64,000 bases of DNA from an uncultured Acidimicrobiia bacterium. Lineage in GTDB: Bacteria > Acidobacteriota > Terriglobia > Versatilivoradales > Versatilivoraceae. Shown piece by piece: positions 18,911-29,109 of the stretch. The first letter of the stretch is position 1, and every line of letters starts with the position of its first letter. The stretch covers positions 768,001 to 832,000 of the forward strand of contig CAWBAT010000006.1 of assembly GCA_963786955.1 (NCBI GenBank), given 5' to 3'. The notes beneath the pieces were generated by a model, which worked only from the letters and a program-made list of their open reading frames with translations, was not told the DNA's origin and did not search any database. Made by a program: the position numbers and the translations under genes.

Positions 18911-20500
18911 ATGATTGTTCCGCTGACCCCGCTCTCATTTCTGCGACGGGCTGTAAAGCTTTACGGCCGGAAGATCGCTGTCATCTGTGGAGAGACCCGT
19001 TTTACGTATGCCGAATTTAACGGGAGGGTTCAGAGGCTCTCACACTGCCTAGACACGCTCAACATCCGTCGAGGGGAGGTTGTCGCCTTTCTTTCGCGGA
19101 ACTGCCATCGATTGCTCGAAGCTTATTACGGGGTCACCCATACGGGGGCGATTCTCTTACCCCTCAATTGTCGTCTGGCAGGAGACGATTTTACTTATAT
19201 CTTGAACCATTCTGAAGCCAAGTTATTGTTTCTGTCTTCGGAATTTATTCCAGTTGTCGCCTCGATTCGCCAATTCCTTCGACCAGACTTAAGGTGCATC
19301 CCACTTGACGATGGCGCCTCCTACGACTGGCTTGACGGCTACACATACGAAGAATATCTGGGCAAATCTTCCTCTCTTCCTTTCCCCGTAGCGAGATTTG
19401 ACGAAAATGAAGCGAGTGAACTCTTCTATACGAGCGGGACCACGGATCGCCCCAAAGGGGTGTTGTTGACTCATCGGAATCTTTATCTTCACGCACTGAA
19501 TGTCATTTGGGCACTTCAAAATAGCGAGAGCGATGTTCAATTGCACACCATCCCTCTTTTTCATGCAAACGGGTGGGGTGCCACTCAGACGATTACAGCG
19601 GTGGGGGGGACGCATATCATGATTCCTCATTTCTACCCCCGGACCGTGTTTCAAGTTATCGCCAAAGAGAAAGTGACCACCTTTAATTTGATCCCGACGA
19701 TGGGGACGATGCTGCTCCAGGCACCGGCGGGCATTCAAGAGGATCTTTCAAGCTTGCGTTTGATCCATCTCGGCGGTTCATCGGTACCCAAGGAAATGGT
19801 GAAGCAACTTCAGCAACGTTTTCGATGTGAAGTGACTTGTGGTTATGGCCTGACGGAAGCTTCCCCCGTCATGACGGTTGCCCATCCCAAGTCTCATCTG
19901 GAAGAAGACGAAGAACGCTTTTATTACCGATCCGCCATGACGGGACTTGAGTTGCCCGGAAGTGAAGTCCGAGTCGTAGACGAAAACGGTGCCGATGTCT
20001 GCAATAATGGGAATTCCATTGGAGAGATTATCTTGCGAAGTAACACGGTAATGAAAGGCTATTGGAAACAACCGGAAGAAACCGCCGAAGCCATTCGGGA
20101 TGGCTGGCTCTATACGGGAGATCTGGCTACCGTGGACCGGGAGAATTATCTTCTGATTGTCGATCGGAAAAAGGATATCATTATTCGCGGTGGAGAGAAC
20201 ATCGCCTCAATCGAAATTGAGAGAATCCTTTATTCTCATCCAGCGGTGCTGGAATGTGCTGTCATCGCCGTCCCCGACAGCCGGTGGGGGGAATGCCCCG
20301 TGGCTTTTGTCGTGCTTCGTGTGGGGCACCCATGCACTTCCGAGATTCTGATGCAATATTGCCGGTCCCATCTTGCCTCATTTAAAGTGCCTGACAGAAT
20401 CGAGTTAGTCAGTTCGCTACCCAAAGGCGGCACGGGCAAAATTCAGAAACGAGTTCTTCGAGAGAGCTATTGGGCAAAGAAAGACAAACAGATTTCTTAG
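18911..20500 (+). CDS. long-chain fatty-acid/acyl-CoA ligase (AMP-binding)
   Basis: FYTSGTTDRPKGV, PLFHANGWG, GYGLTE, YTGDLA, DRKKDIIIRGGENI, PKGGTGKI. Confidence 0.93.
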   Translation: MIVPLTPLSFLRRAVKLYGRKIAVICGETRFTYAEFNGRVQRLSHCLDTLNIRRGEVVAFLSRNCHRLLEAYYGVTHTGAILLPLNCRLAGDDFTYILNHSEAKLLFLSSEFIPVVASIRQFLRPDLRCIPLDDGASYDWLDGYTYEEYLGKSSSLPFPVARFDENEASELFYTSGTTDRPKGVLLTHRNLYLHALNVIWALQNSESDVQLHTIPLFHANGWGATQTITAVGGTHIMIPHFYPRTVFQVIAKEKVTTFNLIPTMGTMLLQAPAGIQEDLSSLRLIHLGGSSVPKEMVKQLQQRFRCEVTCGYGLTEASPVMTVAHPKSHLEEDEERFYYRSAMTGLELPGSEVRVVDENGADVCNNGNSIGEIILRSNTVMKGYWKQPEETAEAIRDGWLYTGDLATVDRENYLLIVDRKKDIIIRGGENIASIEIERILYSHPAVLECAVIAVPDSRWGECPVAFVVLRVGHPCTSEILMQYCRSHLASFKVPDRIELVSSLPKGGTGKIQKRVLRESYWAKKDKQIS

Positions 20501-20569
20501 GCTTAGAGAGAAGGAAGGAACTCTCCCTGAACCGGGGAGTCCTCAGAGGGAATGACTAGGAGGAAATCT

Positions 20570-23278
20570 ATGAGAAAAAACTGGTTTATTTGGATCCCCA
20601 TTCTTTTCGTCGTCCTGTTAGCCTTCTCAAACGGAATCGCTTCGCTCTGGGTGGACTGGCTGTGGTTCCAGGAATTGGGCTATCCGGTTTTATTTACTCG
20701 CCAACTGATGGCCCAGTGGTCATTGGGAGCCACCTTTGGAGTGTTTTGTTTCATCACACTTTACGGAACGGTTTTAATCGCGAGGTATCTGGCCGGGCGT
20801 GATCCACAATTAAGCCACTCCACGGTCATCGAGTTCCCTCAATTTCCAATGCTGAAAACTGGCATTCGAGGAATCCTCCTTTTTGCTTGCTTGATCATTT
20901 CCTATTTGATCGGGTATTGGGCTGGGAGCCAATGGGATGACTATCTCCGCTTTCGACACGCGGTCCCGTTTGATGTTAAGGACCCGCTATTCGGCCAGGA
21001 CATCGGGTTCTATTTCTTCCGATTGCCATTCTTGACGTTTCTCTATGCATACAGCCTGTTGCTGGTCATCTTTTCTCTAATTGCCAGCCTCTTGGTTTAC
21101 GTTGTCGAGGGAGGCATTTGGATGACGCGGCGTGGCCCTCGGATCGGACGCTCCCCGCGAGTTCACTTGTTCTTAATGAGCTCTATCGTGTTCTTTCTGT
21201 GGAGCATCCATTACCGTTTGGAGATTCTTGATCTTCTCTTTTCAGACCGTAGCATCGTGTATGGCGCCAGCTATACAGATGTGCATGCCGAGTTGCCAAT
21301 GCTACGCTTCCTGAGCTATTTCAGTTTGCTGGTCGGCGCGAGTTTCCTTTGGAGTGGGTTCAGGCGAAGTTACAAGCCGGTGATTATCGCTTCGGGTGCT
21401 CTGTTAGTCGTCTCCATTCTGGGCCGCAGCCTGTATCCTGAATTCATGCAGAAATTCCAAGTCGCACCGAATGAGATCAATATGGAGAGCCCCTACATCG
21501 GCTTAGAGATCAAGTTTACGAATATGGCTTACGGGATCGACCAGGTTAAAGAGCAAGAGTTCCCTGCCCTGGATAACTTAACTGCCGAAGACATTAAGCG
21601 CAATGACCTCACATTGCAGAACATTCGCCTGTGGGATCATCGCCCGCTGCTTCGCACCTACAGCCAGCTGCAAGTGATTCGATCGTATTACGATTTTGTG
21701 GATGTCGACAATGACCGCTACTGGATCAATGGCAATTACCGCCAGGTCAGCCTTTCCCCGCGAGAACTCTCTTCGGAAAAATTGCCCAGTCGCATTTGGA
21801 TCAATGAACATCTAACCTATACCCATGGTTTCGGCTTGTGTATGGGACCCGTTAACCAGACCAGTAAGGAAGGCCTGCCGGAGTTCATGATCAAGGACAT
21901 TCCGCCCGCCGCCAGCACCAATATTGGGGTCAAGCGTCCTCAAATATATTTCGGAGAAAAAACCCAGTCCTACTGCTTTGTGAACACACAGGCCAAGGAA
22001 TTCGATTATCCTTCTGGAGACGAAAACGTTTATACCACCTACCAAGGAAGCGGGGGGATCCCTGTCTACGGCTTATGGCGCAAGCTGCTCCTTAGTTTTC
22101 ATTTTAAAGAGCCCAAGATTTTTCTCTCGACAGACATCCGTCCGGAAAGCCGTTTGCTCTATGTTCGTTCGGTTGCCGAGCGCGTCGAGAAGGCACTCCC
22201 CTTTCTGAAATTCGACCGGGACCCTTACATGGTGATCTCCGATGATGGATTGCTGTTCTGGATTATTGATGGCTATACGACCGGTAACGCTTATCCCTAT
22301 GCAAGGCCGACTCCCGGAATGGGCAACTATATCCGGAATTCTGTAAAAATCACGGTGGATGCTTACAACGGAACCACGCAGTTCTATGCGAGTGACCCTA
22401 AAGATCCAGTCCTCCAGGTCTACACCAGGATTTACCCGGGGGTTTTTCAGGGATTCAACGCCATGCCTAAAGATTTACGGCAGCATATTCGATATCCGGA
22501 AGATTTGTTCACGATCCAGGCCAACATGTATGCCACTTACCATATGCGTGACCCCCAGGTCTTTTATAATAAAGAAGACTTGTGGCACATCCCCAGCTTA
22601 TCTTTTGACGGCCAAGACACGCCACTGGAACCCTATTACACCGTCATGAAACTGAATTCAGAGATGGGAAAAGAAGAGTTCATTCTCATGACTCCCTTCA
22701 CTCCCACCAAAAGACAGAACATGATTGCCTGGCTGGCTGCCCGCTGTGATGATCCCCATTACGGGCAATTATTTGTTTATAATTTCCCGAAACAGAAGTT
22801 AGTATACGGCCCAACCCAGATCGTCAGCCGGATTAACCAAGATTCGGAGATTTCAAAGCTGCTGACGCTTTGGGATCAACGGGGGTCGGCCGTTATCCGG
22901 GGCAGCCTGTTGGTCATTCCTATTGAAAATTCCATCCTTTACATTCAGCCTCTGTACCTAGCGTCGTCACAAGAAGCTGGGATTCCGGAATTGAAACGTG
23001 TGATTGTCGCTTATGGAAACAACATCGCCATGGAGGAGTCGCTGGAGCTTTCACTCGAACGCATCTTCGTCGGCTCTAGCCATGGAAAACCGGTGGAAAC
23101 CAAAATGGAACCTACGACCGCCACCGAAAGCGGTTCACTCAAAATTCTGATCCAGCAGGCAGGCAACTGTTATCGACAAGCTCAAGATGCCCTACGGAAA
23201 GGGGAATGGGCAAAATATGGCGAAGAGATGCAGAAACTGGAAAACACCCTAAAGGAAATGAACGCAAAAACTCCCTAA
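20570..23278 (+). CDS. UPF0182 family membrane protein
   Basis: DWLWFQELGY, DPLFGQDIGFYFF, NIRLWD, YTHGFG, NYIRNSVK, HIRYPEDLF; RBS AGGAGG before ATG 20570. Confidence 0.92.
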   Translation: MRKNWFIWIPILFVVLLAFSNGIASLWVDWLWFQELGYPVLFTRQLMAQWSLGATFGVFCFITLYGTVLIARYLAGRDPQLSHSTVIEFPQFPMLKTGIRGILLFACLIISYLIGYWAGSQWDDYLRFRHAVPFDVKDPLFGQDIGFYFFRLPFLTFLYAYSLLLVIFSLIASLLVYVVEGGIWMTRRGPRIGRSPRVHLFLMSSIVFFLWSIHYRLEILDLLFSDRSIVYGASYTDVHAELPMLRFLSYFSLLVGASFLWSGFRRSYKPVIIASGALLVVSILGRSLYPEFMQKFQVAPNEINMESPYIGLEIKFTNMAYGIDQVKEQEFPALDNLTAEDIKRNDLTLQNIRLWDHRPLLRTYSQLQVIRSYYDFVDVDNDRYWINGNYRQVSLSPRELSSEKLPSRIWINEHLTYTHGFGLCMGPVNQTSKEGLPEFMIKDIPPAASTNIGVKRPQIYFGEKTQSYCFVNTQAKEFDYPSGDENVYTTYQGSGGIPVYGLWRKLLLSFHFKEPKIFLSTDIRPESRLLYVRSVAERVEKALPFLKFDRDPYMVISDDGLLFWIIDGYTTGNAYPYARPTPGMGNYIRNSVKITVDAYNGTTQFYASDPKDPVLQVYTRIYPGVFQGFNAMPKDLRQHIRYPEDLFTIQANMYATYHMRDPQVFYNKEDLWHIPSLSFDGQDTPLEPYYTVMKLNSEMGKEEFILMTPFTPTKRQNMIAWLAARCDDPHYGQLFVYNFPKQKLVYGPTQIVSRINQDSEISKLLTLWDQRGSAVIRGSLLVIPIENSILYIQPLYLASSQEAGIPELKRVIVAYGNNIAMEESLELSLERIFVGSSHGKPVETKMEPTTATESGSLKILIQQAGNCYRQAQDALRKGEWAKYGEEMQKLENTLKEMNAKTP

Positions 23279-23398
23279 CCTGCTGATTTCTTTGCACCGG
23301 GCCGTTGTGTCCTCTCACGGCATCTTCTTGCCTAGGCCAGCTCATGCTGCCAGCCATAAGGCGCATGAATTCGGTTCCTCTGCTAGAATAGAAGAGAT

Positions 23399-24994
23399 AT
23401 GTTAAATAGATTTTCACTGCCAGCAAAAGTTACTTTGCTTCTTTCATTGGTCGTGTTTGGTGTCGTAATCGCCCTAACCTACTTCATGGCTCAGAGCGCC
23501 AAAAGCGTTATCGAAAGTGATTATCGGAAACGTTCGAATTCAGTGGCAGACCTGCTCGCCGATAAGCTGGATGATCATCCACAACTTCCTCCCAAAGAAG
23601 ATCTCGAAGACCTTGTTTTCGGAGCCAGTGAGAAAAACCTCAGCATTTCAGAGATATCGATATTCATGCATGACGGGAAGAATATTGTCCTGGCAGCAAC
23701 CTCGATCAATGAGGAAAATTCTCCCGTTCCTAATGAAGCCAGTGAAGTGATCCTTGGGGAAAAGAGGATCGACCGGGTGGCCTTTGACGGCAAGGAGAGA
23801 TTCTGCCAGATTGGGGTTCCGATTGTTTACCATAGCCCAAAGGGAAAGCTCGCCCAACGTAGAGTCCTCGGGTGTATTATTGTTTATACCTCGCTGGAAC
23901 AGGCTGACCAGATTATCGCCAAGAACTTCAAAGTGGCTTTTCTGTTCGCTCCCCCTGCTATCCTTATCCTCATTCTGCTGCTTAATGTCCTCTTCCGGTT
24001 CATCATTCATAAGCCTGTCAAAACCATTCAGGAAGCGATGGCCAAAGCAGAAGCTGGCGACTTGATGGCTGATGTGAATCTGAATTCCTCCGACGAACTG
24101 GGGAGGATTGCCGCAAGTTACAACCGGATGCTGCACCAGATTCGCGAAGTCACGACAGAACGAATAAAGCTCATTGAGAAGGTCGGCAATTTCAATATTG
24201 AACTCAAGTCGGAAGTAGCCAGCGCCACGGCTGAATTGAAGAGACGTAACCAGGAACTCCGTGACCTCAATACCCGACTTCTGAAAATGCAGTTGGAATT
24301 GGTCCAACTGGAGCGGCTGGCCGTGGCAGGGCAACTGACAGCAACTTTTGCACATGAAGTCGGAACTCCATTGAACCTGATTTCCGGTCATGTCCAATTG
24401 CTGATCGAATCTTTCAGTGACAATGAATTGATTCGTAGAAAACTATCCTTGGTTCAATCCCAAATCCGACGCCTCAGCGAAATTGTCAGACGCCTGTTAG
24501 ATGCGACCCGGAGGCCCAAACTTGAATTGGCGCCGGTCAACTTAAACGAACTCATCCAAACTGTCGGCGCTTTAATTAGACCGACTCTACAAACGCACAA
24601 TATCCAATACGTGGAAGTCCTGCAGTCGGAATTGCCCTTGATTCAAGCAGACCAAAAGCAATTGGAACAAGTTCTTTTGAACTTCATCAATAACAGTCTC
24701 GACGCCATGCCCAATGGGGGGGAACTGAAGATTGAAACACAGTCGGGACTTGAAAATAAAGTTTATGTCCGGGTAACCGACACCGGAACTGGGATCCTGC
24801 CTGAACACCTTGAAAAACTATTCGAGCCCATGTTTACGACCAAAGAGATCGGGCAAGGGACTGGCCTTGGGTTGAGCATTTCCCGGGATATCATTAAAGA
24901 ACATGGTGGAGAGATTGAAGTTAAAACGGTTTCGGGCGAAGGAGCTACCTTCACCATTCTCTTGTCGGCCGAGGTCCCTGTGTTACAGAGTTAA
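23399..24994 (+). CDS. sensor histidine kinase (periplasmic domain, HAMP, HisKA, HATPase)
   Basis: 2 TM helices, DELGRIA HAMP, FAHEVGTPL H-box, NSLDAM, DTGTGI, FTTK, GTGLGL. Confidence 0.93.
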   Translation: MLNRFSLPAKVTLLLSLVVFGVVIALTYFMAQSAKSVIESDYRKRSNSVADLLADKLDDHPQLPPKEDLEDLVFGASEKNLSISEISIFMHDGKNIVLAATSINEENSPVPNEASEVILGEKRIDRVAFDGKERFCQIGVPIVYHSPKGKLAQRRVLGCIIVYTSLEQADQIIAKNFKVAFLFAPPAILILILLLNVLFRFIIHKPVKTIQEAMAKAEAGDLMADVNLNSSDELGRIAASYNRMLHQIREVTTERIKLIEKVGNFNIELKSEVASATAELKRRNQELRDLNTRLLKMQLELVQLERLAVAGQLTATFAHEVGTPLNLISGHVQLLIESFSDNELIRRKLSLVQSQIRRLSEIVRRLLDATRRPKLELAPVNLNELIQTVGALIRPTLQTHNIQYVEVLQSELPLIQADQKQLEQVLLNFINNSLDAMPNGGELKIETQSGLENKVYVRVTDTGTGILPEHLEKLFEPMFTTKEIGQGTGLGLSISRDIIKEHGGEIEVKTVSGEGATFTILLSAEVPVLQS

Positions 24995-25162
24995 GACCGA
25001 GACATTTCTCTAACTAAGACACATGGGTCGGAACAAGCTGCGGTCTTCAGGGGACCATAAAGATAGCCCGGGGGCTCCGCCAACCTGGACGACTAAACCG
25101 TCTGGCCAATTTACCGCTATGAAAACAGGTCCATACTCCATACGGGATAGACACCTCACCTC

Positions 25163-26521
25163 ATGCAAAAAGTCTTAATCGTTGATGACGACAAACTCAC
25201 TTGCGACTTCATTGCGGAGTTGCTGGACGATTTCAAAGTGGACATATCATCGACGCAAAACCCTGCTGAGGCCATTGAGCTCGGCCAGAAGTCAAAGTTT
25301 GATCTAATCATCAGCGACATCAATCTGCAAAATCGTTTGACAGGACTCGATGTCCTCAAGAGCTTTAGAAAATATCTGCCCGAGTCTGAGGTGATTCTAA
25401 TCAGCGGGTTTGGCACACTGGAAACTGCTATTGAAGCGGTTCGTGAGGGCGCCTTCGACTATATCAGCAAACCTTTTAACATTAACGAAGTCAAAGCCGT
25501 CGTCAAGCGTGCCCTCGAAAAGAAACAGCTGATTAAGGAGAATGAGCAGCTCCGGACCCAGCTCGACAATTTACCACCCTCTGCGACTCTGATTGGCAGT
25601 AGCCCCAAAATGTTAGCCGTCTATAAATCGATCGCCAGCGTCGCGCAGTCAAAGTCGACGGTACTGATTTATGGAGAAAGCGGGACGGGGAAAGAGCTGG
25701 TAGCCCGGCAGGTCCATAATAACAGTTCAAGGAAACAAAGAGGGTTCTTGGCTATCAATTGTGGTGCCCTTTCAGAATCGCTGTTGGAAAGCGAACTTTT
25801 TGGTTACCAGAAAGGAGCATTCACAGGAGCCAATACTGACCGAATTGGCTTATTTGAGGAAGCCGATGGCGGAACACTCTTCCTGGATGAAGTCGGCGAT
25901 ACCACCCCAGCCATGCAAGTAAAATTGTTACGGGCACTCCAGGAACAGGAAATTAAGCGAGTCGGTGGCGTCAAGACGATTAAGGTGGATGTTCGACTCA
26001 TTGCCGCTACTAATCAGAATCTGGAGGACCTTGTCAAGGAAGGTAAATTCCGAGAAGACTTGCTCTATCGGTTGAGCGTGATCACAATCACTGTCCCCCC
26101 TCTGAGAGAGCGCCGAGATGATGTTCCAACTCTCATTTCCCATTTTCTGAGAAAACACAGCCTGGACAAAAGGGCCCAGCCCAGTATCTCGCAGGAAGCC
26201 ATGAATGCATTATCTAGTTACTCGTGGCCAGGAAACGTGCGGGAGCTTGAAAACACGATCGAACGGGTCTGCCAGTTTTCAAAAGGAGGAATCATCACAC
26301 TGGATGACCTCCCGGCAAAGATGAATACCCAGGTTAAATTTCACCAAAGTCATCTTTATGATAACTTGCCCAGCTTGGATGAACTGGAAAAACGCTACCT
26401 GCTCCATATCTTGGAACATACTAAACATAACAAAAGCCATGCTGCTGAAATCCTTGGAATCAACCGAAGGACGCTTTATCGGATGGCCGAACGCTTTGGG
26501 ATTGATTTAAAAGAAGATTGA
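25163..26521 (+). CDS. sigma54-dependent response regulator (NtrC/AtoC family)
   Basis: Receiver, GESGTGKE, ESELFG..KGAFTGA, LFLDEVG, WPGNVREL, Fis-type HTH INRRTLYR. Confidence 0.95.
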   Translation: MQKVLIVDDDKLTCDFIAELLDDFKVDISSTQNPAEAIELGQKSKFDLIISDINLQNRLTGLDVLKSFRKYLPESEVILISGFGTLETAIEAVREGAFDYISKPFNINEVKAVVKRALEKKQLIKENEQLRTQLDNLPPSATLIGSSPKMLAVYKSIASVAQSKSTVLIYGESGTGKELVARQVHNNSSRKQRGFLAINCGALSESLLESELFGYQKGAFTGANTDRIGLFEEADGGTLFLDEVGDTTPAMQVKLLRALQEQEIKRVGGVKTIKVDVRLIAATNQNLEDLVKEGKFREDLLYRLSVITITVPPLRERRDDVPTLISHFLRKHSLDKRAQPSISQEAMNALSSYSWPGNVRELENTIERVCQFSKGGIITLDDLPAKMNTQVKFHQSHLYDNLPSLDELEKRYLLHILEHTKHNKSHAAEILGINRRTLYRMAERFGIDLKED

Positions 26522-26555
26522 AGGACCAAACTGCCCCATAGGACAAATTGCCTCA
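26522..26555. promoter_or_regulatory. putative tandem upstream activator sites for a sigma54 enhancer-binding protein
   Basis: Two abutting 17-mers AGGACCAAACTGCCCCA and TAGGACAAATTGCCTCA (CA-N3-TG dyad), about 160 bp upstream of a sigma54 promoter. Confidence 0.55.
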
Positions 26556-26715
26556 GTTGTTAACTATAAGTAAATAAATGGCTTACTGATGTCGAAATTC
26601 AAAAGAACCGGGCTGCCTCACTTTCTGAAACGAACTTCCTCCCCTTTCCAGATTAGCCAACCGCTAACTTATTCAAATTAATAGACTTATTTGTGATGTG
26701 CCTGCGTGGGTGTCT

Positions 26716-26732
26716 TTGGCCGTTCCCTTGCT
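26716..26732 (+). promoter_or_regulatory. sigma54 (-24/-12) promoter
   Basis: TTGGCCGTTCCCTTGCT with exact GG-N10-GC spacing, upstream of the 26824 ORF. Confidence 0.8.
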
Positions 26733-26823
26733 AATGGTATGTTCATGAAGGATTAAAGATTCCATTCCAAACCCGGCCAATAGGAAACCCCTCGCGGCCG
26801 AACAATTACAAGGAGAAAGTCCC

Positions 26824-27009
26824 ATGAAGAAATTACTATCCTTAATCATCGTTGCCATGATTGCTCTTACCATGAGCTTTGGCACATTCGCATCGGAAGA
26901 GAAGTCCACCGATAAGTCAACAGCCAGCACCAAGAAGTCCAAGAAAGCAAAGAAAACTTCCACAAAGTCGACCGCCGAAAAAGCTCCCGCAGCGGCTCCC
27001 TCCAAGTAA
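26824..27009 (+). CDS. small secreted Lys/Ser/Thr/Ala-rich disordered protein (Asr-like)
   Basis: RBS AAGGAG; signal peptide MKKLLSLIIVAMIALTMSFGTFA; low-complexity basic tail; own promoter and terminator. Confidence 0.8.
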   Translation: MKKLLSLIIVAMIALTMSFGTFASEEKSTDKSTASTKKSKKAKKTSTKSTAEKAPAAAPSK

Positions 27010-27034
27010 CTTTCTGCGGTTTCTGTTGATTCGA

Positions 27035-27080
27035 AAAGCCAGCCTTCCATTTCATCAATGGGAGGCTGGCTTTCTTATTT
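27035..27080 (+). terminator. intrinsic terminator (possibly bidirectional)
   Basis: 17 bp stem AAAGCCAGCCTTCCATT / AATGGGAGGCTGGCTTT followed by CTTATTT. Confidence 0.8.
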
Positions 27081-27240
27081 AAATATGACAGTACTGTTGT
27101 TTTCACTCAAATCATTTACCGCAGACCAAGCTTTAATGTGGTCAAGCAGCAAAGTCGATACAAATCCTAGCGCATAAAACCTGTTCGGCCATTCAACTTA
27201 CACCTTTCTGACCCAAACTCCCTCTTGAAAAAATCGGGCA

Positions 27241-28116
27241 CTAATTTTGCTTCGTAATTCCGCATAACCAATCCAGCGCCTCATACAATTTGGCACGAAA
27301 CTCATTGCGCCCGCCGCTGAAGCGATGATTCCGCGCCGAGACAGAATAAAACTTCTTAAATGTTGTGTCTGCCCCGAACAAAGCATGGGCTTTTTCCGCA
27401 GGTAAGTATTCGTCATGGCTTGACTGGATCAAGGCCGTCGGAAGTAAAGCCATCGAAGAAAACAGATCGTAGGTGTCAAAAATGATGTACTGGTGCTTCG
27501 AGGAGCGCTCCAAGATAACAATCTCCCTGTCATGGCGGCGAATGTCCAACTCTTCTTTGTGAGGCAGGCCGATGGCAAGAACCCCAAGCAGCCCTTGCTC
27601 CGAAGACTTATCTGCCCCCACCAAGACACCAAAGGCCGCCCCGCGTGACCAGCCCGAAAGTACTGTCTTTGTGTCTCTCGCTAGATTGAGGTTTTTCTTG
27701 GCCTCTTCGATAATCAGTTGATAATCTTTGATGAGTTCTTCCAAAGTGACCGGCTCCTGGCTGCGGTTTAGAATCTTCATATAGGAGCGAGAGCTAAAAC
27801 CAACTGTCGGATACCCGAACGCTGAAATTTCCTCGAACATCCCGACAGCCTCTCCATACCATCCTCCGTCCCCACTTGCGTACAAAACGAGAACGGGAGG
27901 CACGGCGTGTGTCCCTAAATCGCTCAAATAAAGCTCCAGCGGTTGCCCATGGAGAACGACCTTGCTCACGAAGGGTTTTATCTCTCGTTCATAAGCATTT
28001 ACTTCCATTCGCAGCCAGAAAATAACTGCGAGGTTCAGACAGATGGTCAGCAGCGTCTTCCGAATGATGACTCGAACTAAAACATATGGCATCAATTCAT
28101 CTTCTCTAAAGGCCAA
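27241..28116 (-). CDS. acvB: AcvB/VirJ family aminoacyl-phosphatidylglycerol hydrolase
   Basis: LYASGDGGW, VGFSSRSY, GWSRGA nucleophile elbow, NHRFSG; start may be 28092. Confidence 0.75.
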   Translation of the reverse strand: MAFREDELMPYVLVRVIIRKTLLTICLNLAVIFWLRMEVNAYEREIKPFVSKVVLHGQPLELYLSDLGTHAVPPVLVLYASGDGGWYGEAVGMFEEISAFGYPTVGFSSRSYMKILNRSQEPVTLEELIKDYQLIIEEAKKNLNLARDTKTVLSGWSRGAAFGVLVGADKSSEQGLLGVLAIGLPHKEELDIRRHDREIVILERSSKHQYIIFDTYDLFSSMALLPTALIQSSHDEYLPAEKAHALFGADTTFKKFYSVSARNHRFSGGRNEFRAKLYEALDWLCGITKQN

Positions 28117-28196
28117 GATGTATCATGGATTTGCGGAGAAAGTTTTTCTTCTGCAGGGGGTCCGAGGCATCCCGATTCGTGATCCGCATCCCCTTC

Positions 28197-29093
28197 TCAT
28201 CGTTTCACGCTTTTGATCCATGACAATGCTTCCAAAATGGAATTATTCAGCCCCACATGATTGTCACTGAAGCGGTGATTGGCAGCCTCGACAACCCACA
28301 TTCTTTTGGGCTCTTTGGCCAGGGCAAACAGCACCTTTGCCTTTTCCAAGGATAGGAATTCATCATGAGTGGAATGGATCTCGGCTAAAGGGACAGGGCT
28401 AATCTGCTGGATGATATCTTCAACCATAAAGCTGGGTTCATCAGGAGTCTTCTTGGTGATCCAGATTGTAAAGTCCTGCCATTTCCATCCCAGCTCATTC
28501 TGATCAGGCAAACCCAAGCCAAGGATTCCCGCAATGCCATCCCTGACCAAAGAGTCTGTAGCCGCTAGAACAGAGAGTCCTGCCCCCTCGGAAACTCCGC
28601 TCAAAATGGGTTTCACGGGGGAGAAGCGTTTCGCATAGTGGATCAGCTCTACATAATCCCTCGGCACGTCCTGAGGCGTCAAAGTACCAGTTCTCGTAGT
28701 AAAACTACTCAGGTAGGCCCGGCTATTGAACCCGATCACTTGATATCCGTTCCTCGAATAAAATTCGGCGACATGGGTCACGAGACCTGCCCAGCCAAGA
28801 TCTCCACTGGAAAGAATGATGGCCGGGTTTCCTTGCTTCCCGTATATAGAGAGTTCCTGGGCTTTTCCTCGAAGCATAATATTGACTAGTGATTGCCCTT
28901 GAAGCGGTTCCGCTAATAAGATCAAGAAAAGCACTATGGGACTGAGCCCGATCAATCGGGATTTTCTGGGCCCACCGGAACGGAACCGGCATGGAAGTTG
29001 CATCTGTCTTCCTGGAATAACAATTCCTCGCCGGATAAATGACCCAAAGCTCTCCTCATTGGCGAGAGTCACTTGTATTGAGGATATGGTCAA
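28197..29093 (-). CDS. acvB: AcvB/VirJ family hydrolase (second copy)
   Basis: SSGDLGW, IGFNSRAY, GVSEGA, NHRFSD; signal-like hydrophobic segment; start uncertain (29093 or 29003). Confidence 0.72.
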   Translation of the reverse strand: MTISSIQVTLANEESFGSFIRRGIVIPGRQMQLPCRFRSGGPRKSRLIGLSPIVLFLILLAEPLQGQSLVNIMLRGKAQELSIYGKQGNPAIILSSGDLGWAGLVTHVAEFYSRNGYQVIGFNSRAYLSSFTTRTGTLTPQDVPRDYVELIHYAKRFSPVKPILSGVSEGAGLSVLAATDSLVRDGIAGILGLGLPDQNELGWKWQDFTIWITKKTPDEPSFMVEDIIQQISPVPLAEIHSTHDEFLSLEKAKVLFALAKEPKRMWVVEAANHRFSDNHVGLNNSILEALSWIKSVKR

Positions 29094-29109
29094 GCAGGCC
29101 TCTCCTTTA

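Noticed and set aside
29020-29045. Twin-arginine signal (SFIRRGIV) in the second AcvB
   Set aside because: Poor consensus and far from the hydrophobic region
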